Positions 9,567 through 22,335 of a DNA stretch of 64,000 bases are shown in pieces (within the stretch, counting starts at the first letter, position 1; every line of letters starts with the position of its first letter). This DNA is from Candidatus Nomurabacteria bacterium (GTDB lineage Bacteria; Patescibacteriota; Minisyncoccia; Phycocordibacterales; UBA1006), in contig JACKGA010000002.1 of NCBI GenBank assembly GCA_020632195.1, forward strand, positions 2,896-66,895, in the 5' to 3' direction. The notes under the pieces were generated by a model. It was not told the origin of the DNA. It saw nothing but the letters and a program-made list of their open reading frames with translations, and did not search any database. Both the position numbers and the translations under genes were made by a program.

Positions 9567-10895
9567 TTACTTTCCTTCAAAAAACATCCGGCTAAATTTC
9601 AGTGCCTTGTTCAGCAATGAAATACGGAAATTTTCGTGCACACCATGCATATTACAATCATCTCCTGCCATAGATACCGACAATACATTTTTCTTGAGAG
9701 TGTTTTTGAAATCAGTAAAAATAGGGATTGATCCGCCACAGTGATTAAAAGCAACTTCTTTACCATATGCTTTTTTGAGGAGCTTTCGTACGTGTAGCGC
9801 CATGGGTGTATCTATCGGAAATCCGACAGCATCACCATGACCTTCAATTTCTACGACAGCCTCTACGTATGGCGGGGTATTCTTTTTGATATGTTGTGCA
9901 ACCGACTTCATCACAGCGGCTGTTTTTTGCCCCATAACCGTACGAATATTGATACGCGCATCAGCATAATCCGGTACGATATTTTGAAAACCAATACCCG
10001 TATATCCAGTATTGATACCAGAAATTTCCAGGGCTGGGCGCAACCCTGTTTGAGTGAAGAAATCATTTCCCTTTTCACACAAAAGGGTTTTCACTCCGCC
10101 GAGTTTTTTAATGCCTGCGGCACTTCCCAGGCCTTTGTTATTCTTACGCTGAGCATCAGTTATTGTTGGTGCACCTTTGTAAAAACCAGATACACTAACT
10201 TTATTATTCTTATCTTTCAGAGTTGCCAACATTTCCGTCATTGCCTGGGATGCACTTGGCACAGCCCCTCCCCAGATTCCTGAGTGAAATGCGTTTGGTG
10301 CAGTCCGGTAGGTTACTTTTATGTTTCCTCCACCTCGGAATGTTAGATCTATGGTTGGGCGATCATCGATCGTCTCACCATCCGATACCATAATATGGTC
10401 ACATGCCATAAGGCTTGCGTATTCTTTGAGTAAAAGAGGAAGTTCATCGTTGCCTGATTCTTCATTCCCCTCAATCAAAAATTTTACATTATACGCAAGC
10501 TGTCCCTTTTTTATCAAATCAAGCACAGTATAAATATGGACCATGACCTGCCCTTTATTATCTATAGCTCCACGAGCAATTAATTGCGTCTTGGTCTCTG
10601 TGAGTGTGAATGGGTCTAAATCCCAGCCATCAGATTTTTTTGCAGGCTGCACATCATAGTGACCATAGATCAAAATAGTTTCATAAGAAGAATCAGCAAC
10701 ATAACTTGCAAACACAACAGGGTTTGTCGTCTCTCCCTTGAGAAGCTTGGTTTTGAAACCTGATTCTGAAAAAATATCTTTCAGCCACTGTGCTGTTGCT
10801 TTAGACTCTTTTGCAAAAGCTGGGTCAGTTGAAATACTTTTGAAAGAGATAAATTCTTTTAATAATCTTGTGTACTCTTTTGGTAGCGTGCTCAT
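9567..10895 (-). CDS. M20 family dipeptidase
   Basis: ILIYGHYDVQPA and EGNEESG metal-ligand motifs of peptidase M20. Start moved to the ATG at 10895 (MSTLPKEY), which removes the overlap with the upstream gene. Confidence 0.8.
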   Translation of the reverse strand: MSTLPKEYTRLLKEFISFKSISTDPAFAKESKATAQWLKDIFSESGFKTKLLKGETTNPVVFASYVADSSYETILIYGHYDVQPAKKSDGWDLDPFTLTETKTQLIARGAIDNKGQVMVHIYTVLDLIKKGQLAYNVKFLIEGNEESGNDELPLLLKEYASLMACDHIMVSDGETIDDRPTIDLTFRGGGNIKVTYRTAPNAFHSGIWGGAVPSASQAMTEMLATLKDKNNKVSVSGFYKGAPTITDAQRKNNKGLGSAAGIKKLGGVKTLLCEKGNDFFTQTGLRPALEISGINTGYTGIGFQNIVPDYADARINIRTVMGQKTAAVMKSVAQHIKKNTPPYVEAVVEIEGHGDAVGFPIDTPMALHVRKLLKKAYGKEVAFNHCGGSIPIFTDFKNTLKKNVLSVSMAGDDCNMHGVHENFRISLLNKALKFSRMFFEGK

Positions 10896-10911
10896 AAACG
10901 TAAAAATTATA

Positions 10912-12144
10912 TTAAATAGTAAATTCTCCTTTTTGATAAATAATTTTTTCTTTTCCATTTTTCAAATATGCCGTCACGGTCCGATCGGTTGTTGATACCA
11001 TATCTTCATGAAGCGATGAAATATTGAATCCAAGTTTTTCTTTTTGTGTTGGTGTAAGTTTTGATGGATCTTTGCTATACGAATCGGCATAGGCTGCCCC
11101 CAGTGCAATGTGTGTATTACCATATGCTCCTCCTCTATTTTCATCATACAGGGTATTCGCCATATTTTTGGTAATCCGTGATATGCGTCGATCGGTAAGA
11201 GAAAATTCACCAATTTTATTCCCGTTCTTAATCTCTATCATCGCCTGGAGAGTTTTATTATTCTTTTTCGCAGAAGCCTTGCTGAGAAGTCCTTTTTTAA
11301 ATTCGAGATGTATTCCTTCAATTTTTTGTTGATTGTAATACAACGGCTCGCTGAATCGTATCCACCCTTCGGTGCCACGCCAATCAGGACTAATGAACAC
11401 TTCAAAGGTCGGCACATTGTGCCCGCTCCCCGCAAGCCATTTCCGGTCTTGTCCGACCGAGATCCATAAATCAACGTCGTTGCCAAGAATATGAAGTTTT
11501 TCAATATCAAGGCTCGTAAGCTTTCGCCGGACACGCTCTATTTCTTTATAGAGAATTTTATGTTCGGCAATAGGATCTTTTTTGTCGAGATAGCATGCCT
11601 TGATGATTTGCTGCCAATATTCTTTCAATGTTAATCCTGCAGCCTCGGCCATGGCTGGTGTCCCGTAGAGCGCCAATGTCCACGAGAGCTTACCAGCGAG
11701 TTCTTTTGGCGTACGGTAATCGCGATAATACGGCCCCGAGGTCGCCTCCTGATACCATGCCATATGTTGAGCTGGCACGTGTTTCATAGTATCCAAGGAG
11801 GCATAGCTGAGGATAAGAAGCTCATGGTCACTATCGGCGATAATGCCTTTGAAATAATTATGTGGCGTAAACGAAAGTTGCTTTTTTGATCCATGCTGAA
11901 GGAAATACGGCGTTGCTCCATGGCGCACCGATTCATCGGGTAAATAATTGAGAATCGGATATCCGCCAGCGTCAGTCACTGCTTCGACACAGGCCATCAC
12001 CAATGACTTGGCAGATTCCCAGCCGAGGATTCTCACGACGTCGCCTTTTTTCATTCCTTTGCCAGAATTGAGTGCAAAGTTAACCAAAAGCTCCGCGTAT
12101 TTTTTAAGAATTTTTTTAGAAGGTGTGTAGGGTTTTTGTGACAT
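10912..12144 (-). CDS. Aminopeptidase, M29 (AmpS/PepS) family
   Basis: N-terminus KKYAELLVNFALNSGKGMKKGDVV and C-terminal HIALG ... motifs typical of M29 thermophilic metalloprotease. Confidence 0.75.
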   Translation of the reverse strand: MSQKPYTPSKKILKKYAELLVNFALNSGKGMKKGDVVRILGWESAKSLVMACVEAVTDAGGYPILNYLPDESVRHGATPYFLQHGSKKQLSFTPHNYFKGIIADSDHELLILSYASLDTMKHVPAQHMAWYQEATSGPYYRDYRTPKELAGKLSWTLALYGTPAMAEAAGLTLKEYWQQIIKACYLDKKDPIAEHKILYKEIERVRRKLTSLDIEKLHILGNDVDLWISVGQDRKWLAGSGHNVPTFEVFISPDWRGTEGWIRFSEPLYYNQQKIEGIHLEFKKGLLSKASAKKNNKTLQAMIEIKNGNKIGEFSLTDRRISRITKNMANTLYDENRGGAYGNTHIALGAAYADSYSKDPSKLTPTQKEKLGFNISSLHEDMVSTTDRTVTAYLKNGKEKIIYQKGEFTI

Positions 12145-12173
12145 ATACCTCCGAGTATACCATCACACATTAT

Positions 12174-12818
12174 TTATCCAATATGTGTATATTCACCACC
12201 TGCAGACAATGGAACGAACTGGGTTTCGTGTATTGCAAAAGCATGATCGGCAATTCTCATGTGAGTGTCTTGTAGTGCTGGGACAAGGATTGACTCGTGC
12301 ATAGGAATCACTACTCGCGCGCCAAGTGACCCAGCCCAAACAATACTTTTTTTCGCCTGGGTAAAGGGTCCCGCAATACAAAACATTGCAACTTCAGGAG
12401 TAAAATCAAGTGGGTTAAAAGCGTCCCCTGGGAAAAATACTTTTTCATTGATATAAAAACCAATGTTTTTGACCATACCGAATTGATTATAAATTTCTTC
12501 ATGCCATTCCCCTACGGCCCGTATGGTGATTCCCTCATACTCAAGAATATCCCCATCTGTCATGATTTCTGATTCAATATTTTCATCTTGTAAAAGGTCG
12601 TAAACAGATTCATTGGTATAAATTTTTAAATCAGGATTGAGATCGAGAAGTTTTTGTATATTTTCCACCTGGTAGTGATCTCCATGTTCATGCGAAAGCA
12701 ATAACACATCTGCTCGTAGCAAATCAACAGGATCGACAAAACTTCCTGGATCGGTAATGAAAACGATACCGTCAGTAGTAATAGTAAAGCAGCAGTGGTT
12801 GATTTTTTTGATAAGCAT
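12174..12818 (-). CDS. MBL-fold metallo-hydrolase
   Basis: HxHxDH motif (LLLSHEHGDHY). 214 aa. Confidence 0.75.
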   Translation of the reverse strand: MLIKKINHCCFTITTDGIVFITDPGSFVDPVDLLRADVLLLSHEHGDHYQVENIQKLLDLNPDLKIYTNESVYDLLQDENIESEIMTDGDILEYEGITIRAVGEWHEEIYNQFGMVKNIGFYINEKVFFPGDAFNPLDFTPEVAMFCIAGPFTQAKKSIVWAGSLGARVVIPMHESILVPALQDTHMRIADHAFAIHETQFVPLSAGGEYTHIG

Positions 12819-12892
12819 AGCAACTATATTATATCACATGCAAAAACACCCAGACATCAGATGGTGCGGGGTGTTTTCTAAAAAAGTTAAAG

Positions 12893-14320
12893 TTATTTTT
12901 CTTCTTTCACGCTACGCTTGATCATAATTCCTAATTCATCAAGCTGAACATCAGAAACTGGAGCAGGCGCATTCATCAATGGATCGCGTCCTCCTCGTGT
13001 TTTTGGAAATGGAATCACTTCACGAATATTTGGCTCACCTTGGAGGATCATTACCAAACGATCAAACCCCCATGCAATACCTCCATGTGGCGGACATCCC
13101 GAACCAAGAGCTTTTAACATATGTCCAAAATTTGCTTCGATTTTTTCTGGCGCATGTCCAAGAATTTCTAAAATCGAACGCAAAATTGCAGGATCATGTG
13201 CACGGATACTTCCTCCTCCAATCTCATATCCATTGAGCGTTATGTCGTATTGGGCAGCAATAATTTCACCAATATTTTCTTTCTTCTTCAAATTCTCTAC
13301 ATGTTCTGGTTTTGAAAGTGAAAATGGATTGTGAGTAAATGTCCATTCTCCAACCGCCTGTGGATCATCACTATCGGCTGTTTTTTCAAAGAATGGAAAA
13401 TCAACCACCCAACAAAATGCCAGGAGATTCGGATCATCTTTGTCTTCACGAATATCTGGTCGATCGTTTCCATGTTTTTCCATTGCTTCAGCATATGTCA
13501 TGCGTGGAAACGGAATCTGTTGAATACGTTTTTCTGGATACAGTTTTTCAACAATTTTGATAAGAAGTGCTTCATTGAGCTGGAGAATATCCTCCTCGGT
13601 AACAAAACTCATTTCGAGGTCCATTTGCGTAAATTCTGGCTGACGATCACCACGCAAATCTTCGTCGCGCATACAGCGCGCCATTTGGAAATATTTTTCC
13701 ATACCCGACGCCATCAACATTTGCTTGTATTGCTGTGGCGATTGTGGCAATGCATAGAAATTCCCTGGCATCAAACGAGCTGGAACTACATAGTCGCGCG
13801 CGCCCTCGGGGGTTGATTTTGTAAAAATTGGTGTTTCGATCTCAGTAAAACCTTGTCCTGTCAATTCTTCGCGAATCATCTGTGCAACCTTGCCACGCAT
13901 ACGAATATTGTTTTGCATACGTTCAGTACGCAGGTCGATATATCGATTTTCAAGGCGCGTTTCTTCATTAATCTCCATAGTATCTTCTACTATTTCAAAT
14001 GCAGGTGTTTCTGCCTGATTAAGCACTTCAATCCCTGTAATTTCGAGTTCAATGTCGCCGTTTACCACACTCTCTTTACGCATTTTCTCTGGTCGTTCAT
14101 TTACTTTTCCAGTTATGGCTACTACCCATTCTGGACGCAAAGTCTTGGCAATCTCAAGGATTTCTGGTTTACCAAAAACAACCCCCTGGACAAATCCAGT
14201 CATATCACGAAAATCAAAGAAAACCATTTTTCCTTGATCTCGATAGACATGGACCCACCCTTTAATAATTACCTCTTCGCCTTTCTTTGGTGAAAGGTCT
14301 TTAATATATGTTCGTTGCAT
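12893..14320 (-). CDS. aspS: Aspartyl-tRNA synthetase, bacterial-type core without the GAD insertion domain
   Basis: OB-fold N-terminus and class II motifs (FTQMDLEMSF, GGGSIR, GGIAWGFDRLVMIL). Only 475 aa. RMTYAEAMEKHGNDRPDIR is followed directly by motif-3-proximal sequence. Confidence 0.9.
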   Translation of the reverse strand: MQRTYIKDLSPKKGEEVIIKGWVHVYRDQGKMVFFDFRDMTGFVQGVVFGKPEILEIAKTLRPEWVVAITGKVNERPEKMRKESVVNGDIELEITGIEVLNQAETPAFEIVEDTMEINEETRLENRYIDLRTERMQNNIRMRGKVAQMIREELTGQGFTEIETPIFTKSTPEGARDYVVPARLMPGNFYALPQSPQQYKQMLMASGMEKYFQMARCMRDEDLRGDRQPEFTQMDLEMSFVTEEDILQLNEALLIKIVEKLYPEKRIQQIPFPRMTYAEAMEKHGNDRPDIREDKDDPNLLAFCWVVDFPFFEKTADSDDPQAVGEWTFTHNPFSLSKPEHVENLKKKENIGEIIAAQYDITLNGYEIGGGSIRAHDPAILRSILEILGHAPEKIEANFGHMLKALGSGCPPHGGIAWGFDRLVMILQGEPNIREVIPFPKTRGGRDPLMNAPAPVSDVQLDELGIMIKRSVKEEK

Positions 14321-14354
14321 ATATTTGTCTCGGAGTCATTTGTATTTGCAATTT

Positions 14355-14612
14355 CGAAATAAAAAATCGCCTCTACAAACTTACCAAATTATGTCTGATA
14401 AATTTGTAGGGACGATCTTGGTATCCAAGCCCGCGGTGCCACCCCACTTTTCGACCGTATCCAATATATACATATCGAACACTGAACACTTTTTTACAGC
14501 TGTGTCGGGCTTACCCGGGAGATTCTACTGGGCATTATTTCACAATGCTTTTCTTCCTCCGCCTCGGCAGTGTCTGCTGCGTCATTGGCGTCTCTCTACT
14601 ATAGCAGTGTAT
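14355..14612 (-). promoter_or_regulatory. T-box riboswitch leader controlling aspS
   Basis: Minus strand reads AAAGUGGGGUGGCACCGCGGG (plus 14429-14449), which matches the T-box consensus GGGUGGnACCGCG. A terminator follows: CCCUACAAAUUU ... AAGUUUGUAGAGG then AUUUUUUAUUU, 35 nt before the aspS ATG. An AGAGAG element lies near the 5' end. Confidence 0.75.
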
Positions 14613-14648
14613 TCTTATTTTTCAAAATCAAATGATATACTTTGATAT

Positions 14649-15323
14649 ATGGAAAGGTATTTCTCAAGACGAAACACTATTGAAATAATTCTAGGGATTA
14701 TTTTGAGTATCACAGTGGTAGAAGTTATCATGATGCAACCTTCCCTCTCAGAGCTCTCCAGTGGATTTCAGCTACTGATTGCAACAGCATTACAAGCACT
14801 ACTCTGGTTTCTATCCTTGCGCCTATCTTTAGAAGAAAAGTTTTCTTGGAAAAGCATTGGCATGAAAGCCATCTCTTGGAGATGGGTTGCTGTGGCATCT
14901 GGAATCGCCCTTTTGTGGCTCCTACGCATTTTTATTCTTGGACCACTGGCTACACTCCCCTTCTTTCAGAATGGCATTGATGCCCTACAAAGTATCATGA
15001 CTTTCTCGCAAATCCATGAATATATTCTTTTTGGGATCTGTGCAATTATCATAGCGCCGGTTATCGAAGAGATCATTTTCAGGGGGTTTTTCTACCGTAT
15101 CATGCGTGCGCATATGCCAATAGGGTCAGCTATTCTCGGCAGTGCAATGATTTTTGGCATGATGCATATAATTCCCCTCTATGCATTGAACGGTTTTCTT
15201 GTGGGCATTCCTCTCGCGTGGTTATTTGAAAAGACACAATCTCTTATTCCTGGAATACTTATGCACGCTCTCAATAATACTATAATGTTTATACTCATGA
15301 TAATATTGACAGGGATACGATAG
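14649..15323 (+). CDS. CPBP family intramembrane glutamic endopeptidase (CAAX protease/Abi)
   Basis: EExxxR motif (VIEEIIFRGFFY), FGMMH and HALNN motifs in a polytopic membrane protein. Confidence 0.8.
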   Translation: MERYFSRRNTIEIILGIILSITVVEVIMMQPSLSELSSGFQLLIATALQALLWFLSLRLSLEEKFSWKSIGMKAISWRWVAVASGIALLWLLRIFILGPLATLPFFQNGIDALQSIMTFSQIHEYILFGICAIIIAPVIEEIIFRGFFYRIMRAHMPIGSAILGSAMIFGMMHIIPLYALNGFLVGIPLAWLFEKTQSLIPGILMHALNNTIMFILMIILTGIR

Positions 15324-15382
15324 ATAAAAACCTTGCACAATAACCCATAATTTCCTATACTTGCCCACGCATGTATGCATTT

Positions 15383-15456
15383 GTCGGAGTAGCTCAGATG
15401 GTTAGAGCGCAGCACTCATAACGCTGAGGTCGTGAGTTCAATCCTCACCTCCGACA
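15383..15456 (+). tRNA. tRNA with CAU anticodon (elongator Met or Ile2-type), no encoded CCA
   Basis: Hand-folded cloverleaf: acceptor GUCGGAG/CUCCGAC, anticodon loop CUCAUAA, T-loop GUUCAAUCC. 74 nt. Confidence 0.8.
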
Positions 15457-15515
15457 CACGTCTTGTCCATCTAGATTTTTGTGATACAATCGCTGGGTCT
15501 GAAAAGGACATATAT

Positions 15516-15589
15516 GCAGCGGTAGCTCAACTGGTTAGAGCACCCGCCTGTCACGCGGGAGGTTGCGAGTTCGAGTCTCGTCCGTTGCG
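15516..15589 (+). tRNA. tRNA-Asp (GUC), no encoded CCA
   Basis: Acceptor GCAGCGG/CCGUUGC, anticodon stem CCCGC/GCGGG with loop CUGUCAC, T-arm GCGAGUUCGAGUCUCGU. Confidence 0.85.
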
Positions 15590-15598
15590 CATAATAAT

Positions 15599-15630
15599 AA
15601 AATCCTATAGAAAATATAGGATTTTATTAT
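15599..15630 (+). terminator. Rho-independent terminator after tRNA-Asp
   Basis: AAAATCCTATA gaaaa TATAGGATTTT followed by ATTATTT. Confidence 0.6.
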
Positions 15631-15672
15631 TTGCATGAGCACTTCTTTTATGCTACAGTCCTCATCATTCAT

Positions 15673-15743
15673 CGCGGGATAGAGTAATGGTATCTCGTCA
15701 GGCTCATAACCTGAAGACCCTGGTTCGAATCCAGGTCCCGCAA
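15673..15743 (+). tRNA. Initiator tRNA-fMet (CAU), no encoded CCA
   Basis: CGCGGGA...UCCCGCA gives the bacterial-initiator C1:A72 mismatch. Anticodon loop CUCAUAA. Overall close to the E. coli tRNA-fMet pattern. Confidence 0.8.
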
Positions 15744-15752
15744 CAATGAAGA

Positions 15753-15781
15753 AAAACCCACGCAAATGCGTGGGTTTTTCT
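15753..15781 (+). terminator. Rho-independent terminator after tRNA-fMet
   Basis: AAAAACCCACGC aaat GCGTGGGTTTTT. Confidence 0.7.
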
Positions 15782-15812
15782 GTAGCTTGTTTTTTACTGT
15801 ATAATTAACATT

Positions 15813-16583
15813 ATGAAAACACTTGACCAAACATTTAATTTTACCCCAGAAAACAACCCCAAGAAGATTGAGAGAGATATTTCAATTGAGGAAGATCTTG
15901 ATATTGCTGTCACGCTCACAAAAATGGAGGTTGCAGACTTTGAAGTGTATGATCTTTCGTTTATTGAAAAGGATGCTGGTTATGTAATGACGAATAAAGG
16001 ACTTGCTGTATATAATAAAATTGTTGATGCTCTTTTTGATTTTTTGGCAACTACACAGAAAAAGAACAAGATGGATGCTCTTGTCTTTACTGGCTCTACA
16101 AATTCATTAAGTAAAAACGAGCAGTCTTCATTAGACCAAGCGGTAAATAATTTTTTAGAATCTATTGGAAAAAATCCAAATTTACTCGATGGCTTTTACC
16201 ATGAAGAAGATGAGGCATCTGTAAGCATAGAAGGTGCGAATATACTTATTAGTAGAGAAAAAGAAAATTTTAAATGTTCAATTCAGGAATTATTTCCAAC
16301 ATCACCAAGTGAGCCAGAGGACTACCAAGAGTTGAGAGATCGTATTCCAGAATGGTTCGGGCGTGAGATATCTAGATATTTGGACCTTCTCGATGAAGAA
16401 TTATTGATTAAAAACTTTTCAAAAGAAATTGAAGATAAGAAGCGTAAGCAAAGAAATATTCTTTTCAAAAGAACTCTTTCAAAAATGAATATGAATTATG
16501 AAGAAGACAATGCAGATAAAATTGTTGTATATCTTAATGATAATATTGACGCTTTACGGAATGCCCTTATATTAAAAGACTAA
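15813..16583 (+). CDS. Hypothetical acidic protein
   Basis: 256-aa uninterrupted ORF after a terminator. No recognisable motifs. Confidence 0.5.
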   Translation: MKTLDQTFNFTPENNPKKIERDISIEEDLDIAVTLTKMEVADFEVYDLSFIEKDAGYVMTNKGLAVYNKIVDALFDFLATTQKKNKMDALVFTGSTNSLSKNEQSSLDQAVNNFLESIGKNPNLLDGFYHEEDEASVSIEGANILISREKENFKCSIQELFPTSPSEPEDYQELRDRIPEWFGREISRYLDLLDEELLIKNFSKEIEDKKRKQRNILFKRTLSKMNMNYEEDNADKIVVYLNDNIDALRNALILKD

Positions 16584-16601
16584 AATCCTTAAGTGACCTA
16601 T

Positions 16602-17234
16602 TTACCCTATATACCCATACTGCCGAAAAATACTTTCATAGATCTTGAATGCTTGCCATGCTTGAGTCTGGGTAAGTTGGTATGCTAATCCCTCATGAGC
16701 AATACGGTTACGCATGAGGTGTACATGCCATGCTTGTTGGAGCATGGGAAAATGTCCTGGATGAATGTTTTTAAGCCGTTCGCCCAAATTGGCACCAGGG
16801 AAACCAAGGCGTAGCGTCAGATCTTCGAGCATCGTATCAGCTTCGATGATGCCAAGCCGCCAATCTCCTTCGCTTGATGATGAAAATAATTGCTCAACCT
16901 TGCTCCAGCGTGTCTCGTGGACATGCTCAGGGCGAGGGCGTACGAATCGCTCATGTAAAAGCCGATCATCTTCTCGAGCATATTCACGTTCGCGTAGAAT
17001 AATGTAAATAATAAAAACGAGTCCAATAACACCCAGAACAATAAAGAAGAATTGCACTCCCGAAATACGTGTAATAGGTTCTGGATGGAAACTCGTCGGT
17101 ATATGCACCTCGGGTGTACGCGGTGTTCCACCACGCAAAAGAGTTTGTAAGATATTCCCTATACCACGAAAAAGCCCTCCAATTGCTTCGAAGATTCCCG
17201 TAAATAAACGTGTCATAAATGAAAAATACAGCAT
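16602..17234 (-). CDS. Hypothetical membrane-anchored protein
   Basis: 210 aa with one central TM helix (FFFIVLGVIGLVFIIYIIL). The C-terminal domain carries an RNRIAHEG motif. Confidence 0.5.
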   Translation of the reverse strand: MLYFSFMTRLFTGIFEAIGGLFRGIGNILQTLLRGGTPRTPEVHIPTSFHPEPITRISGVQFFFIVLGVIGLVFIIYIILREREYAREDDRLLHERFVRPRPEHVHETRWSKVEQLFSSSSEGDWRLGIIEADTMLEDLTLRLGFPGANLGERLKNIHPGHFPMLQQAWHVHLMRNRIAHEGLAYQLTQTQAWQAFKIYESIFRQYGYIG

Positions 17235-17298
17235 AGATGGTTATGGCTCTTATTATACTATAAAATATTCTATGCGTATTTGTTTTAAAAAGAACTCA

Positions 17299-18729
17299 TT
17301 ATGAGTTCTTTTTTGCAAAGGCTTCTTCAAATTTCTTTCCAATAATGAAAAGATTTTCGTCATGGAAATGAGGTGCCATAAATTGCATCGAAAGAGGCAT
17401 GTCTTCAGGGCTCTTCCCTGTTGGTATCGAAATAGCGGGAGTGCCGGTGATATTCGATGGTACCGTAAAGAGGTCTGCCGCATACATAGCGATCGGATCA
17501 GCTTTTTCTCCAAATTTGAAAGCATCGGTAGGCGATGTCGGTGTCGCGATAATGTCAACCTCTTGGAATGCTTGGCGTAGCTCTTCGGTAATCAGTGTCC
17601 GCACTTTTGTCGCTTTAGTATAATACGCATCACGATATCCAGCAGATAAAACATATGTACCCATAAGGATACGTCGACGCGCCTCGGGGCCGAAGCCTTC
17701 AGCTTTTGTCTCAAAATATGAATCAATGAGATTTTTCCCTGTTTTAGAAAATCCATACCGAATACCATCATATCGGGAAAGATTCGTAGAAACTTCCGCT
17801 GGTAGCACAATGTAATACACTGGCAATGAGAGAGCGATATGTGGTAAGTCAATATCTTTGATCTCATAACCAACTTCACGCAACGCATCAAGTCCTTTTT
17901 CAAAATCTTCCAAAACATAGTCAGTTACCCCATCAGACTGCAAGAAAGCTCGTGGTACACCGATAACTTTTGGCTCATGAGCTGGAATATACTTTTTACG
18001 ATCGTCGTATGGTGCATTAGTAGCATCCATAGGATCGTAACTTGAAAGGACATCATGCACGATACCAGTATCGGCAACGGTGCGTGTCAGTGGTCCAATC
18101 GTATCCAAGCTACTCCCCATAGCCATCAATCCATGGCGCGACACTACTCCGTAGGTAGGCTTGTATCCGACTGTCCCGCAGAATCCTGCGGGCTGGCGAA
18201 TAGAACCAGCCGTATCGGACCCAAGGGTAAAAAGCGCCATATCAGCAGCCACTGCAGCAGCCGAACCACCCGATGTCCCACCAGGGACACGCGATGTATC
18301 ATGTGGATTTTTTGTTGGTCCATAGTATGAAAACTCAGTAGATGAACCCATAGCGAATTCATCCATATTCGCACGCCCGAGTGCAATCGCACCTTGGTCT
18401 TTCAACATCTCTACTACATGAGAATCATATGTTGCCGTATAATTCTGTAGCATCTTTGAGGCAGCGCCGGCAATTTGTCCTTCATAAAGAATATTATCCT
18501 TCAAAAGATATGGGATACCTGTCAGTGCTTTTGCTTTGCCGGCATCGATCATGCTTTGTGCGATTTCAACCTGCTTATCAATATTGGTAAAAAGTCCAAC
18601 AACGGCATTAAGTTCGCCATTTCTCTTTTCAATATTTCCGAGATAATAATCAGCTAATGCACGCACGGTGACTTCTTTGGAGTCAAGAAGTTTTCGAGCT
18701 TTTTCAATTGTAAGATTTTCTAAATTCAT
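17299..18729 (-). CDS. gatA: Glutamyl/aspartyl-tRNA amidotransferase subunit A
   Basis: Amidase signature GGTSGGSAAAVA with Ser-cisSer-Lys context. Directly downstream of gatC. Confidence 0.9.
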   Translation of the reverse strand: MNLENLTIEKARKLLDSKEVTVRALADYYLGNIEKRNGELNAVVGLFTNIDKQVEIAQSMIDAGKAKALTGIPYLLKDNILYEGQIAGAASKMLQNYTATYDSHVVEMLKDQGAIALGRANMDEFAMGSSTEFSYYGPTKNPHDTSRVPGGTSGGSAAAVAADMALFTLGSDTAGSIRQPAGFCGTVGYKPTYGVVSRHGLMAMGSSLDTIGPLTRTVADTGIVHDVLSSYDPMDATNAPYDDRKKYIPAHEPKVIGVPRAFLQSDGVTDYVLEDFEKGLDALREVGYEIKDIDLPHIALSLPVYYIVLPAEVSTNLSRYDGIRYGFSKTGKNLIDSYFETKAEGFGPEARRRILMGTYVLSAGYRDAYYTKATKVRTLITEELRQAFQEVDIIATPTSPTDAFKFGEKADPIAMYAADLFTVPSNITGTPAISIPTGKSPEDMPLSMQFMAPHFHDENLFIIGKKFEEAFAKKNS

Positions 18730-18749
18730 ATCGCTTTTATTCTTTATTT

Positions 18750-19031
18750 CTAAAGCACTTTTTGAACTTTTACAAAATCACCTTCGCGATGTGGCGCCTC
18801 GTCTAGTAATGACTCAGTAAAGGTATGTGCTGGATAGGGATCCATATCCGGACGCATGACATTCTTGACCATATCCATGGATTCGATATGTGCAGGAATT
18901 TCTACATCAGCAACTTGTCCTACATACCCTAGAATATTCTCCAGGTCTTTTTGTAATGCGTCTTTTTCTGCATCAGTTGCACCAATACGTGACAAAGCGC
19001 AGAGGTTGTCGATTTCTTCACGAGTAATCAT
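18750..19031 (-). CDS. gatC: Glutamyl/aspartyl-tRNA amidotransferase subunit C
   Basis: 93 aa. The pattern MITREEIDNLCALSRI ... DALQKDLENIL ... is GatC-like. Upstream of gatA. Confidence 0.8.
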   Translation of the reverse strand: MITREEIDNLCALSRIGATDAEKDALQKDLENILGYVGQVADVEIPAHIESMDMVKNVMRPDMDPYPAHTFTESLLDEAPHREGDFVKVQKVL

Positions 19032-19104
19032 GGTGAATAGTATAGCGGAGTTGTGGTGAGTAAGAAAGTTGACAAAATAAATTCTATTGTCATAGTGTAA
19101 AAAA

Positions 19105-19695
19105 TTGTTACTTATGAAAATGAAAAAAGAATATCACCCACTCCTCTATACACTTATCGGTTTAGAGGAGCTTATAAAAATCTCTAAACGATATGAGAAA
19201 GAATCCTATCCTTTCTGGAAATTTGAATTATTGCCTCATTATCTTATATCCGCACACCAACCCCCAGAGAGACAAAAACTTTTAAAAGTATTCGATTCCT
19301 TAATTCCTGGGTTTTATGGCTGGTGTTATCGATTCGATTTCCCACCATTCAAATCACTACTCAATGATTATGGTATAGCAATCATCAGCAAACCAAATCC
19401 AATTCTAGAAACAACTACTGGATATATTTGGATTTTGAAGAATTTTTCACGCAAAGACTTCCTCGAGGCAGGATTGGACCAAGAAATAGTTTCTCTTATA
19501 AGAAAGGCTACAAAGAATATGTTGGACAAGAAGCCAAACTTTATGAACTATAAAACTGTTGATCATATTATTTTTTCTTTGAATTGTGGAACTTTTCAAC
19601 ATTTTAAAGGAGGGTTGTACTCACATATAGAACCCCTCAGAGACGAATTTATGGGAGAATTTCTTAATGAATTTTCTCCTTTCAGACCCCTCTAG
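19105..19695 (+). CDS. Hypothetical protein
   Basis: 196-aa ORF (TTG start in the track; ATG at 19114 is more likely). No family recognised. Confidence 0.45.
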   Translation: MLLMKMKKEYHPLLYTLIGLEELIKISKRYEKESYPFWKFELLPHYLISAHQPPERQKLLKVFDSLIPGFYGWCYRFDFPPFKSLLNDYGIAIISKPNPILETTTGYIWILKNFSRKDFLEAGLDQEIVSLIRKATKNMLDKKPNFMNYKTVDHIIFSLNCGTFQHFKGGLYSHIEPLRDEFMGEFLNEFSPFRPL

Positions 19696-19737
19696 ATTAG
19701 AGACTAATGGCTCGGTAATATAATCGAGCCATTTGTT

Positions 19738-22327
<2,590 letters not shown>

Positions 22328-22335
22328 AGAAAAAA

